Part shown: positions 51,751-64,000 of the stretch, piece by piece | How positions within the stretch are numbered: the stretch's first letter is position 1 | Layout: each line of letters opens with the position of its first letter | Source of the DNA: Macrostomum lignano | Taxonomy: Eukaryota | DNA length: 64,000 nucleotides | Reading direction: 5' to 3' | NCBI GenBank assembly: GCA_002269645.1 | Contig: NIVC01000646.1 | Coordinates: 416,616 to 480,615, forward strand | Made by a program: the position numbers and the translations under genes | Notes under the pieces: model-generated | Database searches by the model: none | Told to the model about the DNA's origin: nothing | Seen by the model: the letters and a program-made list of their open reading frames with translations, nothing else

Positions 51751-52162
51751 GATCGAGAAGTTCAGCAGCTCTGAGTCTTATTTTTGCAGAATTTAAAACT
51801 GAAAAATTTAATTTAAAAAGAACTTATTTAGCGAATAAACTTGGGCCAAAAAGAATCATGAACTCATTTAGTAATGTTCTATTTTTAGAAACCTGACGAG
51901 TACTGGCCTAAGTACTTGCAACTTAAAATTAGTATTAAGTAAGTACAACAATAGTCCACTGTCTCGACAAGTTGAAATAGACTATAAATAGAATCATATT
52001 GTCATATTCTTTATGTACAGTGACAATACATATCCAAGAAAAGTCTGCTCACTTCTATATCTAGTGTGCTGTGTGCTGTGTTTGACACAATGCACACTAC
52101 ATAGTATGTTCTCTTAAAATTGCACAATACCTAAATTAGTTTTCCATTATGCAACATATACT

Positions 52163-52469
52163 AATCATAATAATTGATTACTGATTACACCTGCCCTATT
52201 GGGCACATGTGCAACCGACCGCTCAGCCGCAGCTATTGCGCGGCGCATCTGAAGGCTATGTACGGCTGTTCAGTCCAAGAACTGGGGGGTCGCCACACAC
52301 CCTTAATTACCCCATTGAATGCTGGCACCCATTTTACAGCTAGATGAACTGAAGCAATGCAGAGTTGAGTGTCTTGCTCAAGGACACAAATTGTTCCAGT
52401 GGGATTGGGAATCGAACCCACAACCTTCAAGTTGTGAGTCCGACGCTCTAACCACTAGGCTACAACCCC
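52163..52469 (-). mobile_element. tRNA-derived CORE-like SINE, copy 2
   Basis: A box TAGCCTAGTGG (52452-52462), B box GGTTCGATTCC (52408-52418), CORE-like segment ~52328-52387, AT-rich tail. Confidence 0.85.
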
Positions 52470-54157
52470 CAATGGCTATAGCTGCTTATAGATAAATTAC
52501 AGTATAATAATTACCTATGATAGCTATAGATATGCCAATAGAAGACTGCACTTATGGCTATAACTAGGAAAAATAATATGAATAATTTAGTAAGAAGCCA
52601 TAGCCTTGACTAGTTTTTTGCAACAATAAATGTGCCATGGCCTATGAGATTCTAAATTTGCATCTTGAATTTGGAGTTTAAGATGCCAATTTAATATCTA
52701 GTTTATTTATTTAAATGAAAAAGTCAAGCACCACTTGATAATAAATATAAAAGCAATGTTAGAATTAGTTAACAAATAAAAAATAACTATCTTAACCATC
52801 TTATTATTAGGTGTATCAAAGTAAATTATATAAAATAGTCTAGCACTAAAGTCTATTGTTTAATACAATAACAATTACACATTGCTATTGCAATATAGAT
52901 TACTTTTAGGTTAGGTTTTTAAGTATCAAAATTGTAGTACATTTGGTATGCCAGGTCTTAATTTAGGATGCTAAAGAAAAAACGATTTATAGAATACTAA
53001 CTAATATCATTTGATTTAAAAGAAACTAATATTATATAATAAAATAAACTTAGCTAATCCAACTAACCAAATATATATCCTACAAGTATAAGCTATAAGT
53101 TTGATTGCTGACTTAAACTATTCTATTTTTTGATAATATTAGATTTCTTAAACTTTAAAGTATTTAGAATGTTTTTATTTTCTAATTGTTATTTGCTTTT
53201 ACCAAAAATTACAATAATTAGATACCTTATATATCAATATATATAAGATAAAAAAACTAAAAAATTGACAATATCATATTGAGTAAATTCAGTCTTAGAC
53301 ATAATTCTAATACTCTGATATTCTAATACTATTAGCAATACATTCTGGGTATTGGAGTATTAGAAGCTAATACTTTTATGATAGTATCAGACTTTGGTAA
53401 CTTCCAATACATTTCAAATTTTCCTGATAGTCTGATAGTCCAATATTTTTTTAAATTTTGAGCCTGCAAACAATCAAAATTTGTTAAAATGAATGAAATA
53501 GTTGCATAATTTTATAGAAAGTAATGATAAATCCTTCACTTTTAGGTAATGACTCTGAAATAGTTATTACTTTCAACCTTAAAACCAGTTTTTAGAACTT
53601 TTAAAAATTGCCTGTGCCATATATACTTTTTCAATTAGTAATTAGTAAGTATCATCAAAATGATATTATTTATTCAATTATCATGCTGCAAGTATTGCAA
53701 CATTGTCACTATCAGCCACTGATTGCCAATTAAGTCTACAATTTCTACAATTTAGTATATACACAAGTACTACACTAGTAATAGAACCAATTTAGTGAAT
53801 GATGCATACATGTAAACACTTAGCAATAAATAAATAAATGCACTATTTTGGGTGCATATATTGGGTAAGGCCAAGTTGAGTAAAGGGAATTAAAGAGAAG
53901 TGACATGATTTACTTGGGTTTACATATGTAAAGAATAGAATGGCAAGGTGTTGCCCAATCAGAGATTTTAAAGTCTATACCTTGGCTTAGAGCATTTGGT
54001 CTGGCTAGCTGACTAAATGTACATGTAAATGCACCCAACCCAAAAAAACAAGACCGAGATTAAGCATGCAAGTGCATCAATTGCAGACTGACAGGCTGCC
54101 ACACTATACTAACAGTATAACAGTACTAATATATATAAAGAAAAATAACTACAGAGG

Positions 54158-54164
54158 CTAATAA

Positions 54165-54203
<39 letters not shown>

Positions 54204-54868
54204 GTTACGCCCCACGCCAGCCACGGGAGTGGCCAAGAGGGGGGAGCGTCAAATCGCGCGTTTCAGAGCCAGGTCTCTAATGTGCTTCACACCGGCCGTC
54301 TGGCTGGGTGCTCGCGCATCTTCAAAAAGGCGGTCGACGTAGCGGGCTGATCGTCCCTGACCACGCCTGCGCGGTCCCTGCGGGGTCCACAGCAGGACGT
54401 CCTGCAGCGGCTCTGGGCAGTAGGCTTCGGCCCGGATGACATGTCCGGCAAGCCGCAGGCGCCGCTGACTCAGCAGGGCAGAAGGCCGCGTCAGGCCTGT
54501 GCGTTTGTACAGGGACTCGGTTGTCTCGCTGCCAGGGCCGCGGCGGGCGCCGAAAGCGGCGCGGACTAGGGCCGCATGCGCCGCGTCGAGCTGCGCCTCA
54601 AGCGCCCCGGTCAGCGTCCAGGTCTCAGCATTGTACAGCAGGGCGGTCTCAACAACCGCCTGGAACAGCTGGGACCTGGCGCCGTCGGACAGGGCCTCGG
54701 AGAGCAGCACCGCCCGCACAGATCGGAAGGCAGCCCAGGCCTTGCCGCGCCGTCTCGCTAGGTCGTCACCGACGTCCGGCACCAGTCCGCCGAGGTAGAC
54801 GAACTGAAGGCACTTCGGGAGCGCCGTCTAATTGTTGTTCTAATGTTGTTCTAATGTTCTAATAAGTA
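54158..54868 (-). mobile_element. 5'-truncated RTE-type non-LTR retrotransposon with (TTA)n tail and 10-bp TSD
   Basis: Intact C-terminal ORF piece (FVYLGG...LLYNAETWTL...RRLRLAGHVIR...RRRGQGR), short 3'UTR, (TAA)n at 54168-54203, CTAATAAGTA at 54158-54167 and 54859-54868. Confidence 0.88.
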
Positions 54869-56689
54869 GTTAATGATTAACTATAATGGTAACTATTGGT
54901 TTTCATTTGTTAATTTTATTTTTTTTATTGAAGGCTTTATCATTAAAAACAGTGCTAAGCTTGCTTCATTCACCCGAAAAACAAAGGAAAAGGTCTAAGA
55001 AGCTTGAATTATATGCATTTTTTGTTAAGCAATTCTTTTTGTAAGACAGGGTATTAGAATAGAATATTGGAATTGGGGTATCACTGATACTCAAATTTGG
55101 GTATTGGACTTTCAGGTATTGGTAATACTTTTTTTAGAAAGGGTATTGGAGTATTGGCTTTCACTGATACTTTTTTTAGCATTGTGCCCAACAGTGAGTA
55201 AACTTGCTTTGAGAAAATAAACATTTCTAATAAAATACACAACCTTAATTATAGGATTAAACCTTTAGGGCTAAGTGGCAAATCATGTTGCAATCAAAAT
55301 CTAAAGTGCACTTAAATATAGTTCCTATGTTAGATATCTTCTCCCTATATCCATACCTATAACCTTCTGTTCCAATATATGCCTTGCATTTTTTTCTATG
55401 TGGGCTTTATAAATGATATTGAAGAAATTTTGATAACTAATACTTAAACAAGTTATAAAAATAGACAAGTCTAGCAAAATACAAAGAATATTAATTGGGC
55501 AATTTCTTTAGGCTTTGAATACATTTTAGCCAAACTTAACTCTGTACCCCAAAAAGGTATACAATTAATTTTTCTTTGAAGATTGACAAGTATTCTCCTT
55601 TTGTGCTTCATTTGTTTCTTTTGCTTATAAATTGTTTTGTTCAACCCAAATAATGCAAATAATGCAGAAGCTACACTTGTTATTTGTAGAAATTTTATTG
55701 GAAGCTTATTTTTTCATTTAAATATTTTGTTTGTGCAGGATGAGTACATGCAGTAAGAGTGTGACTAGTAGTGCTAGTCACTACTAGAACAAGTGCAAAG
55801 TTACTTTTAACATTGCAAATAATATCTTCTACTTTGACTATTTAAATGCACATTTAAATTGGGCAACAAACAATTTTGGCAATAGAAATTTACCATGGAC
55901 AAATTTAGCAAAAGCAAATTTGGCAATAATCTAGGCAAATTTGGCAACAAGTCTTTTTAGGTCTAATTTATTGATCTAACCAAGGTTTTAGTCAGATATA
56001 CTTTCATAAGCTATCTGTCAAATAGTCTAATTAACCCCTATCCCTTTTGTTAACAATACAACAAATATATAACTTAAACTTAAGTATAAGGTATGCATTG
56101 TTAGCTAGCTAAGTGTACTGTAGAAAAATTAAAATTAAAATAGAATAACTGTCAATTGATACTACTGCTATACATGTATATATATTCAGATTTTCCTTGG
56201 CAAAGAAGTGCCTTAAGATTATAGCCACTTAACTCCTGCATGACCTTTGATAGAAAAAATGTACTTGATTGAAATAGACATTGAAATAAAGAATGAACTA
56301 ATATTTCTTGGCTTTATTACCTAAAAACGATATAAAAATAAAATGCATATAATAATAGTTATAATACACAATTGACTTATATTTCAAATTTTATACTGAA
56401 AATTTAGAAATGATACTTTTAAAAACAATTTATTTATAAACAAAGGCTTGATGTTCTCAACCCTATAAATATAATCATTCTAGCAAAGTTTTGGTTTTAA
56501 CTTTTATTAGTATTTTTTTAAATATATGCTACAGAAATAATTTTGAGTATTATATAGTCACAAGACCAACTCCTCCATTGGAAAAGAAGGGGTTAGAACT
56601 CCCATTGCCAGAATTCCATTCCCTGAAATCTATCAGCTGAATCCCAAGACCAGAACTTTAAACAGAACCAAAATAGAACTTTACTAAAA

Positions 56690-56910
56690 TTCTATCTGTA
56701 AAACAGAAATTTATCAAAATCTCATCCATGAAATAGAACTTTATCAAAATCCTATTTGTGAAATAGAAATTTATCAAAATCCTATCCATAAACTAGAACT
56801 TTATCAAAATTCTATCTGTCAAATAGAAATCCCCTCCATGAAACAGAGCACTATCAAAATCCTTTCCATGAAACAGAACTTTATCAAATGCTCTTCATGA
56901 AACTGAATTC
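56690..56910. repeat. Degenerate ~30-bp repeat
   Basis: AAATAGAACTTTATCAAAATCCTATCCATG-like units. Confidence 0.75.
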
Positions 56911-59412
56911 TATCAAAATCTTCTCTGTTAAACAATATCTAACAATATTATCTCCGTCAATCAATACTAATAAATTGAAATTGAAATCAGTGGTTAGGGT
57001 TAGGGTTAGGGATACATAGAGCAACCTATTAAAAGGTGCCGAAAATAAAAAAATTGAACCAATTGATGGCATAATCTATTTCTCTGTCAGTCAGTATCAG
57101 TATTCATTAAAGCTAACAAAATGGTTACACAATCTAAATCAACCCTCTAATACATAGCAACCAACCCCCTTCCAATACACAGCGGCAGTTAGAAGTTGAA
57201 CCCCCCCCAACATTTATCTATTACATCTTGCAAAAGTGAGTATAATCTTTGCAGAAAGTTAAAAGTATGGAAATAGTATTTTGAACGATGTGCTTTCTAT
57301 TTTCATATTTAAAGCAAACAACTGATATCTCTAAACTCAGTGTTGCAGGAACTTTCTAGCAATATAAGTCTCTCTCTTCTCAAAGTTTAAAACTTGAGGA
57401 GTAGTTAGTATTATTTGAAATTTTCAAATTTTAAAGCATTGAAGTATTGAGTATACATTCATTTGCAAGCCTATATTATAGTAAAAGGCTTGCAAGTTTA
57501 TTCATTGAATTTAACTGCATAAGCCATAACTAATACACATTGAAAGGCGCCAATAAAAAAAGCAATTGAATCTTGACACAGTTGTAAATCATTGCGTTTC
57601 TTGCCCACTACCCCACAAATTATGCATAGTTAGCCAATGTGCATTTGAGTGAAGTCTATAAATTTAGCAATTGTCTATACAGTTGGCCAGTTAGCTAAGG
57701 TCAGAATGTACACACACAGCCACTGAGAATGCCGCCACCCCTCCACTAGAGATATAATACACTGCCATTCTGCCAAGATAGGAAAAAGTTGTGACACAAT
57801 CACTTAAAATTATTGCAAATATTTAGTTCTGAGTAGAAAAAGTGGCCAAAGAAGGTTACAAAAAGTGTTTTCTACTTTTTTTAACAGACTTAACTTTTTT
57901 AGTTTTCAACATTAAGTAAAGTAGCCTACTTGTTGAGTAGGAAAATTCTGCATTGATATATAAGTCCCGCATTTGAATTGCTAGCCATCTAGGAGATACA
58001 CATTAAACCCAGCCAGTTGATTGATCTACTTAGCACTTTAGATATAAGTATATAAGATAGAATAATAATAATGCACAATATATTTAGTAATCTAAAACAC
58101 AATTTAGGTCAAAGAGCTACATAATCCAGTAGTAACTAAAAGAGCTAGTAGAGCATAAAACTGCATATTGTCAAATAGTATGGTGCTTAACTGCTCTAAA
58201 CTAACAGAAAGTGTGCCATCATATAAATGTGGTGCCAGCATTTTAATTTTTGAACAATAGTTTTAAATATTCCTAGCCAATGCGCTTAGCCAGTGTGCTA
58301 ATAATAAGCCTGATAAGGTCATGACCTGAGTCCTGACCGTGACGGCTGACCAGACCACAATTTGTGTTCTAGCGAAGCGATATAGAGACTATCACTAGAC
58401 TCTAGAGACTAAAAAAGCTACTATTGATACTATTCATCTATTGAGAGTATAATAGATTTGTTTCAAGTTTATTGACACTTTAATTACCTTGAATTTTACT
58501 GTCACAGCTACAATTATAAATCTGAAAGTACTCTCCACCATCTCCACCAGATATCCAGGCACCAAAAAGTTTCTACGAAAGAGCGAAAATTTGAACTATA
58601 ATCGTAAGCAAAACGTTCTTCTGTATATCAGAAGTTTTCACCTTATTTAGATAAAATGTTATAATTTTTACAGCGCTTGAGAATTAAAAAACTATATTCG
58701 TCTTAGTTGCAGTTCTTGTTCTTTTATTTTGTTTTATTGATTTACGAGTGTTACAAAAATTCAGAAAGACTAGAATAGATTAGAAACTAGACGCAAAGAG
58801 ATTAAAACCCGAAAAGACGGGTTACAGAATCCTAGCGTGCACGCGTTCACGAAACAGCTCATAGGGGCAGAGTGCAGTGTCACTCGGGGTCAGATCAAGG
58901 TCGCTGCGGTCGTCAGTCATAGTCTGGATCAGCATGGCAGCGTACCACGGCCTTGGCCGCGTCGAGGCCGTTCTTGCGGTGGATGAAGCAGCGCCTAGTT
59001 TCACTCATAGCTAACGATTCAATGAATGAAGCCGCTTAATTTTATTTTTAAAGGATCAAGACTGATTTAAATCTTTCTTATTGCTTCACCAAATATAAAA
59101 TATATGCCAAACGACGACATCAACTCAAGGAAAACTAAAGCAAATATGCTCAACTACCTGCATTTTTCGTGGGTCATGTGGGGTCAGACAAAAGGTTTTG
59201 CACATTTTCGCCATGCATTTCCTAAATACTGAGGAACAATCAGCTTTTAGCTAACTAGTCCAACCAGGTGAGGATCCAGAAAATTTTGAATGGGGGCAAG
59301 ACTATACTAATTAAGGTATGCTTTCGATAACGTTTTATATAAATATAAAATAGCCCATGTAAAAGTTTAAGAAATCAAACGCAAAGGGGGCGCCCTCCCC
59401 CCTAAATCCCGT

Positions 59413-59556
59413 ACTGAGTCAAAATACTTGTCCACGTATGTTTTTGTCCACTGAGTCAAAATACTTGTCCACGTATGTTTTTGTCCACTGAGTCAAAATA
59501 CTTGTCCACGTATGTTTTTGTCCACTGAGTCAAAATACTTGTCCGCGTATGTTTTT
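59413..59556. repeat. 37-bp repeat, 4 copies, each with TGAGTCA
   Basis: Period 37 (59413 to 59450). Confidence 0.9.
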
Positions 59557-60217
59557 AAGTTTAATGGTTTTGCTTCGTTATTTTCCATGCACACGATCCC
59601 ATAGAAACGAACAAGCAGAGCTAGGCTTACATGTACGTACATGTACTTGAAGGTGAACGATAAGCATGTGATGAGGACGCACTTTTTTCAAATTTCACGC
59701 TCACAGCAGGCTATGGGCGTTTTTCTCCCTCTTTTGCAATTTTTCTAGAATTCATACTAGTAGGACTTCTGTAGCTATATTAATCTGCCATACTTGTAAC
59801 ACAGGCGCGGTTTTTTAGCTGCTTTTGGGTCATAAATCATTGCGTCTGACTGACAGCCACCTGCGCCTCACTCAATGCGGAGGCTGGCGCCAATCAATGC
59901 GGAGGATGGTCTGAGAGGTGGCTTTTTTCTCATCATTTCAACAGGCCATCAAGATTTATGAGGTCAGGGCCTATTGTTCGTGTTCACTCAAGCGTGTGAC
60001 AGCTTTGACAGCTATGCGTTTTACCCCTAAAAGTATGTTGAGATTAGCGATTAGCAATTTCTCTTTATTATCTTTACTTTCTACTCAATAAGAGCTTTCT
60101 AATGTATATTTTTTCATTAATTTTTGTCATTTCTACGCGAAAGGTCATAAATCATTATGTAGCGATTTTGAGTGATTTATGACCGCACCTGTCGTATTTT
60201 TATGGCCCCGAGGAAAC

Positions 60218-62034
60218 GGGTCTACGACAATTGACTGCCACAATTTGACTGCCGAGCAATTTGACTGCCGACAAAATGACTGCCGACAATTTGACTGCCG
60301 ACAATATGACTGCGGCAATTTGACTGCCGACAATATGACTGCGGCAATTTGACTGCCGACAATATGACTGCGGCAATTTGACTGCCGAGCAATTGACTGC
60401 CAGCGAAATGACTGCCGGAAAAATGATGCTCCTAAAGTTTAGCACTCTGTCAACCCTTTTAAGTCCATGCATGTAGTGAAATATTGTATTTACGAGCTAG
60501 AATGATGCAGAACAGAACACATAACCTTTATACAACAAGCTGTAACAGCTGTTGAAACCCGCGGATTTTGAACAGTGGGAAATGGGAATTCCAATCTTAG
60601 GAACTATTTTGCATATATTCTAAAATCTGAAGTTAAACTCAAGCAAAAACTTTTATTATTAGAGTTAAACATAACATAGATTACATTCGTGTAAAATTAG
60701 GATTGGAGGCAAACTATTGATATTGTTGGCTGGGGTGCGGCGCAGAATGTCAGAAAAACTCTGGCCTCTACTTCTGCCTCTCGATCCCTATGTCCCTTGC
60801 ATCCTTTGAACCTTCTATCTTCTCTTCTGTTTTCTCACTTCTCTCTCGTCTCTGCTCTCTCATCTCCCCTCTCTCATCTGTCATCTTTACTCTCTTATAC
60901 TGGTATGTTCTCTCACCTCTCTCCTCTGTACTCTTCTCTTTCCCCTCTTTTGACTCCTCTCTTTCCTTTCTCCTTTCTTGCCTTTTCTTTTCTTCTCTTC
61001 TTTCTTCTATAGTCTCTCCCTCTCTTGTCTTTTCTCTTCTCTCTCTGCGCTCTCCTCTCTCCTCTCATATATCGTGTTCACTCTCTGACTCTCATCTTTG
61101 CTCTCTCATCCCCCTCTCATCTTTACTCTTCACTCCTGTGTACCTGTCACTTCACTCTTTCCCCTCTTCTGACTCCTCTCTTTCCTTAGTCCTCTTCTTT
61201 TCCCTCTTCTATACTCTCTCCCCTTTATTCACTTCTCTCGTCTCTCTGCACTCTGCTCTCTCCGCCTTCATCTCTCATCTCTCATCTCTCCTTTCATCTC
61301 TCTCATCTCTACAATCTCTCCTTTCCCCTGTCTTCTTTTTCAACTTCTCTCTTATCTCTCTCCTCTTTTGCATAACGAGAATGCGCCTAGCAAGCTTTGC
61401 CGCTGTCATTTTGTCGGCAGTCAAATTGCTCGGCAGTCAAATTGCCGCAGTCATTTTGTCGGCAGTCATTTTGTTGGCAGTCATTTTGTCGGCAGTCATT
61501 TTGTTGGCAGTCATTTTGACGGCAGTCAAATTGTCGGCAGTCATTTTGTCGGCAGTCATTTTGTCCGCAGTCATTTTGTCCGCAGTCATTTTGTTCGCAG
61601 TCATATTGTCGGCAGTCAAATTGCCGCAGTCATATTGTCGGCAGTCAAATTTCCGCAGTCATTTTGTCGGCAGTCATTTTGTTGGCAGTCATTTTGTCCG
61701 CAGTCAAATTGTCGGCAGTCATTTTGTCGGCAGTCATTTTGTCCGCAGTCATTTTGTCCGCAGTCATTTTGTCCGCAGTCATTTTGTCCGCAGTCATTTT
61801 GTTCGCAGTCATTTTGTCGGCAGTCATTTTGTCCGCAGTCATTTTGTCCGCAGTCATTTTGTCCGCAGTCATTTTGTCCGCAGTCATTTTGTTCGCAGTC
61901 ATTTTGTCGGCAGTCATTTTGTCCGCAGTCATTTTGTCCGCAGTCATTTTGTCCGCAGTCATTTTGTCCGCAGTCATTTTGTTCGCAGTCATTTTGTCGG
62001 CAGTCAAATTGTGGCAGTCAATTGTCGTGCATCC
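60218..62034. mobile_element. Non-autonomous foldback/MULE-like element with tandem-repeat TIRs
   Basis: Left arm (GACTGCCGACAA..)n at 60218-60420 and right arm (GGCAGTCATTTTGTC)n at 61392-62034 are inverted. Both ends share ACGACAATTGACTGCCACAATTTGACTGCCG. 9-bp flanks CGAGGAAAC / CGAGGGAAC. Confidence 0.78.
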
Positions 62035-62054
62035 CGAGGGAACTGATAGGATCT

Positions 62055-62200
62055 CTTGGTCACGTGAGTTTGGGTGGCAACAAGCTCAGCCAATCAGAAA
62101 ATTCGACGTGCGGTATAACAAATCGGCTCAGCCAATCAGAATCGAGGTGTTCCATAATAACAAATTGCGGTCCAGTTGGCGGCTATAAAAACCGGCGTTT
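62055..62200 (+). promoter_or_regulatory. Pol II promoter-like module (E-box, two CCAAT boxes, TATA)
   Basis: CACGTG at 62061; GCTCAGCCAATCAGAA twice, 42 bp apart (CCAAT at 62090 and 62132); TATAAAA at 62184. Confidence 0.5.
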
Positions 62201-62930
62201 TTTGGCCCGCTCGGACTTCAATTTGGCCGGTCACCTGTCACCTGACACCCGGCTGCTACACGCGACCGTCGTCTCTTAATCCCCGGATCGCGACTCCCCC
62301 CATCATCATCAAGGACGAATCCCCCGGTCGTCAGCAGCGAATATCAAGGTTAAAGATCATCACCTGCTAGCTATCTGCCAAGAGTGTGACGGCATCATCC
62401 CGAGTCTACAGCTGCGAAGCACTAAGCCGATTCGGTCACTGTGGATTACCTGGTCTCCGGCTGTTGAGTTTTTGATTGGTTGGGTGAGAGGCTGCCTAGA
62501 CTTGCTTGATTGGGTGATCCCTTATCTGTCCCCTATTTCAGTAGCTGAATTAGGCGCACACTTTTGCTCAATTCGTTCAACAGTGCTGTTATCGAGGCAG
62601 AAATGACTTAATAATACTGTTAGTAGTCTAAAACTCCAATTCAATCTGAGGTGTGACCTGATTTAAGAAGAAGGTTAAATCTGACAGTTATTTTTATCGG
62701 TTTTATTTCTTCGCTCGCCGATGGCTCAGATGAGAAGAGAAGCTAGTAGGCGCCGGTCACAGTGGACCAATGGCAAGATGGTTCTCAGTCGATCAATCTA
62801 TCAAATCAGTGAGCAAAATTGCCAATAGTGCAAAATCGGCGCTAGAGATGTACTCTGTGCACTCTAGGTCCGCCAAGCGGCTCGGGTAATGAATCATGCG
62901 GTCTCTGATGTTCGAGTTAGCCTATCATCT

Positions 62931-63843
62931 GGGGCCCGTGCTATAGAATACTCTTAACTCCTAAATCCTTAAGAGTGTCCTAACTCCTAGCTCCTAGCTG
63001 GCTTTTCTGTGCTATAGAATCAAGAGTAAATTTTAAGAGCTAGGAGGCTCCTTAAGGACGTTAGGATACTCCTTGGTGAATTTAGGAGACCTCATTAAGG
63101 TTTGTCGCGTGCTATAGAATAAGGAGCGGAGCGTAGGAGCTAGGAGCTAGGAATTGCCGTTTAGGAGTGAGTTTTAGGAGTGCGTGTCCTATAGAAGGAG
63201 CGAAACTCATTTCTAGCTCCTAACTCCTAGTTAAGACTTCAAGGGCCAAATTTCACTCTTAGGTTATAGTAGGATCGTGTGATTCGTTTCTTTTTTCATG
63301 TTTTCGGACAGTGAGCTAGGCTCGGACGATGAGGGAGCTAATGATCGACGACCCAGACAATTTAAGCAGAGGATTAACTTTTTTGAAGAATATAATACTG
63401 TGTCACGATTTCGGCTCAATGAGAATCAACTCTTGGCGACATTCAAGGATGACCTCTCTCCACATTTCAGTCTTGAGTGCTTTTGTTATTGTTGGCGAAA
63501 AGGCACCGAAAAGTACGTCCTTTCGAGCCGCAATCGCTTTAACAAACGCAACTTTTTGGTTTGCTTGCATTGTTTGAATTCACGAATTGCTCCTATAATT
63601 ACTCCTTAAGGTGCGTACATTTAGGAGTTTAATATAGCACGCAGATTGGCAGACTCCTTAGCCAATTGCCTTACACTCCTTAGACTCCTCCTCACTCCTA
63701 TGCTGCACTCCTTAAAACAACTCCTAGCTCCTAACTCTTGATTCTTGAACTCTATAGCACACAAAATCGATTCGCTCCTTGCTAGGAGCACTCCTGACTC
63801 CTAACTCCTTACTCTTTGCTCTTAAATCTATAGCATGGGCCCC
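62931..63843 (+). mobile_element. PIF/Harbinger non-autonomous deletion derivative
   Basis: 17-bp TIRs GGGGCCCGTGCTATAGA / TCTATAGCATGGGCCCC (16/17 match). Internal ATG ORF at 63298 begins RRPRQFKQRINFFEEY..SRFRL, like a Harbinger transposase N-terminus. Repeated subterminal motifs. Confidence 0.75.
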
Positions 63844-64000
63844 AGCGCTAGGAGAGGCTGGTTGGCGCGTTGAAGGCCAAAAGTACATTTCTCGTATTTA
63901 GCAATGTAATAGTACATGTAGCCACCCCATAGTCTCGCCACTGCAAGAATCCCCTCTGTACCTGCATGGCCAATGCGATCTAGTCCCAGCAGTGTCCCTT

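Noticed and set aside
58808-58825. Spliced-leader RNA gene (CCGAAAAGACGG)
   Set aside because: Only a short resemblance to the start of flatworm SL sequences as I recall them; no ATG-GT junction or Sm site follows.

Overview
Eukaryotic (metazoan) genomic DNA: GC-rich exons with GT-AG introns, almost every intron filled by its own minisatellite. This architecture suggests a Macrostomum-like free-living flatworm, but that is inference only. I assembled five minus-strand genes by hand from splice sites and phases. Right to left: an SLC16/MCT transporter (8 exons, 881 aa), PGAP2 (6 exons), a METTL7/TMT1-type thiol methyltransferase (2 coding exons plus a 5'UTR exon), a 3-exon secreted FGF8/17/18-like ligand (576 aa), and the coiled-coil N-terminal half of a RIMS-binding protein that runs off the left edge. 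The FGF is the main find. The ORF track hides it because its diagnostic exon (YICMN) is too short to be listed, and it carries a ~325-aa, ~21% Arg C-terminal tail. Mobile DNA includes two CORE-like tRNA SINEs, a 5'-truncated RTE LINE with a TSD, a foldback/MULE-like element whose inverted arms are tandem repeats, and a Harbinger deletion derivative. Most long ORFs in the track are repeat artefacts. All homology calls come from recalled motifs, not database searches.
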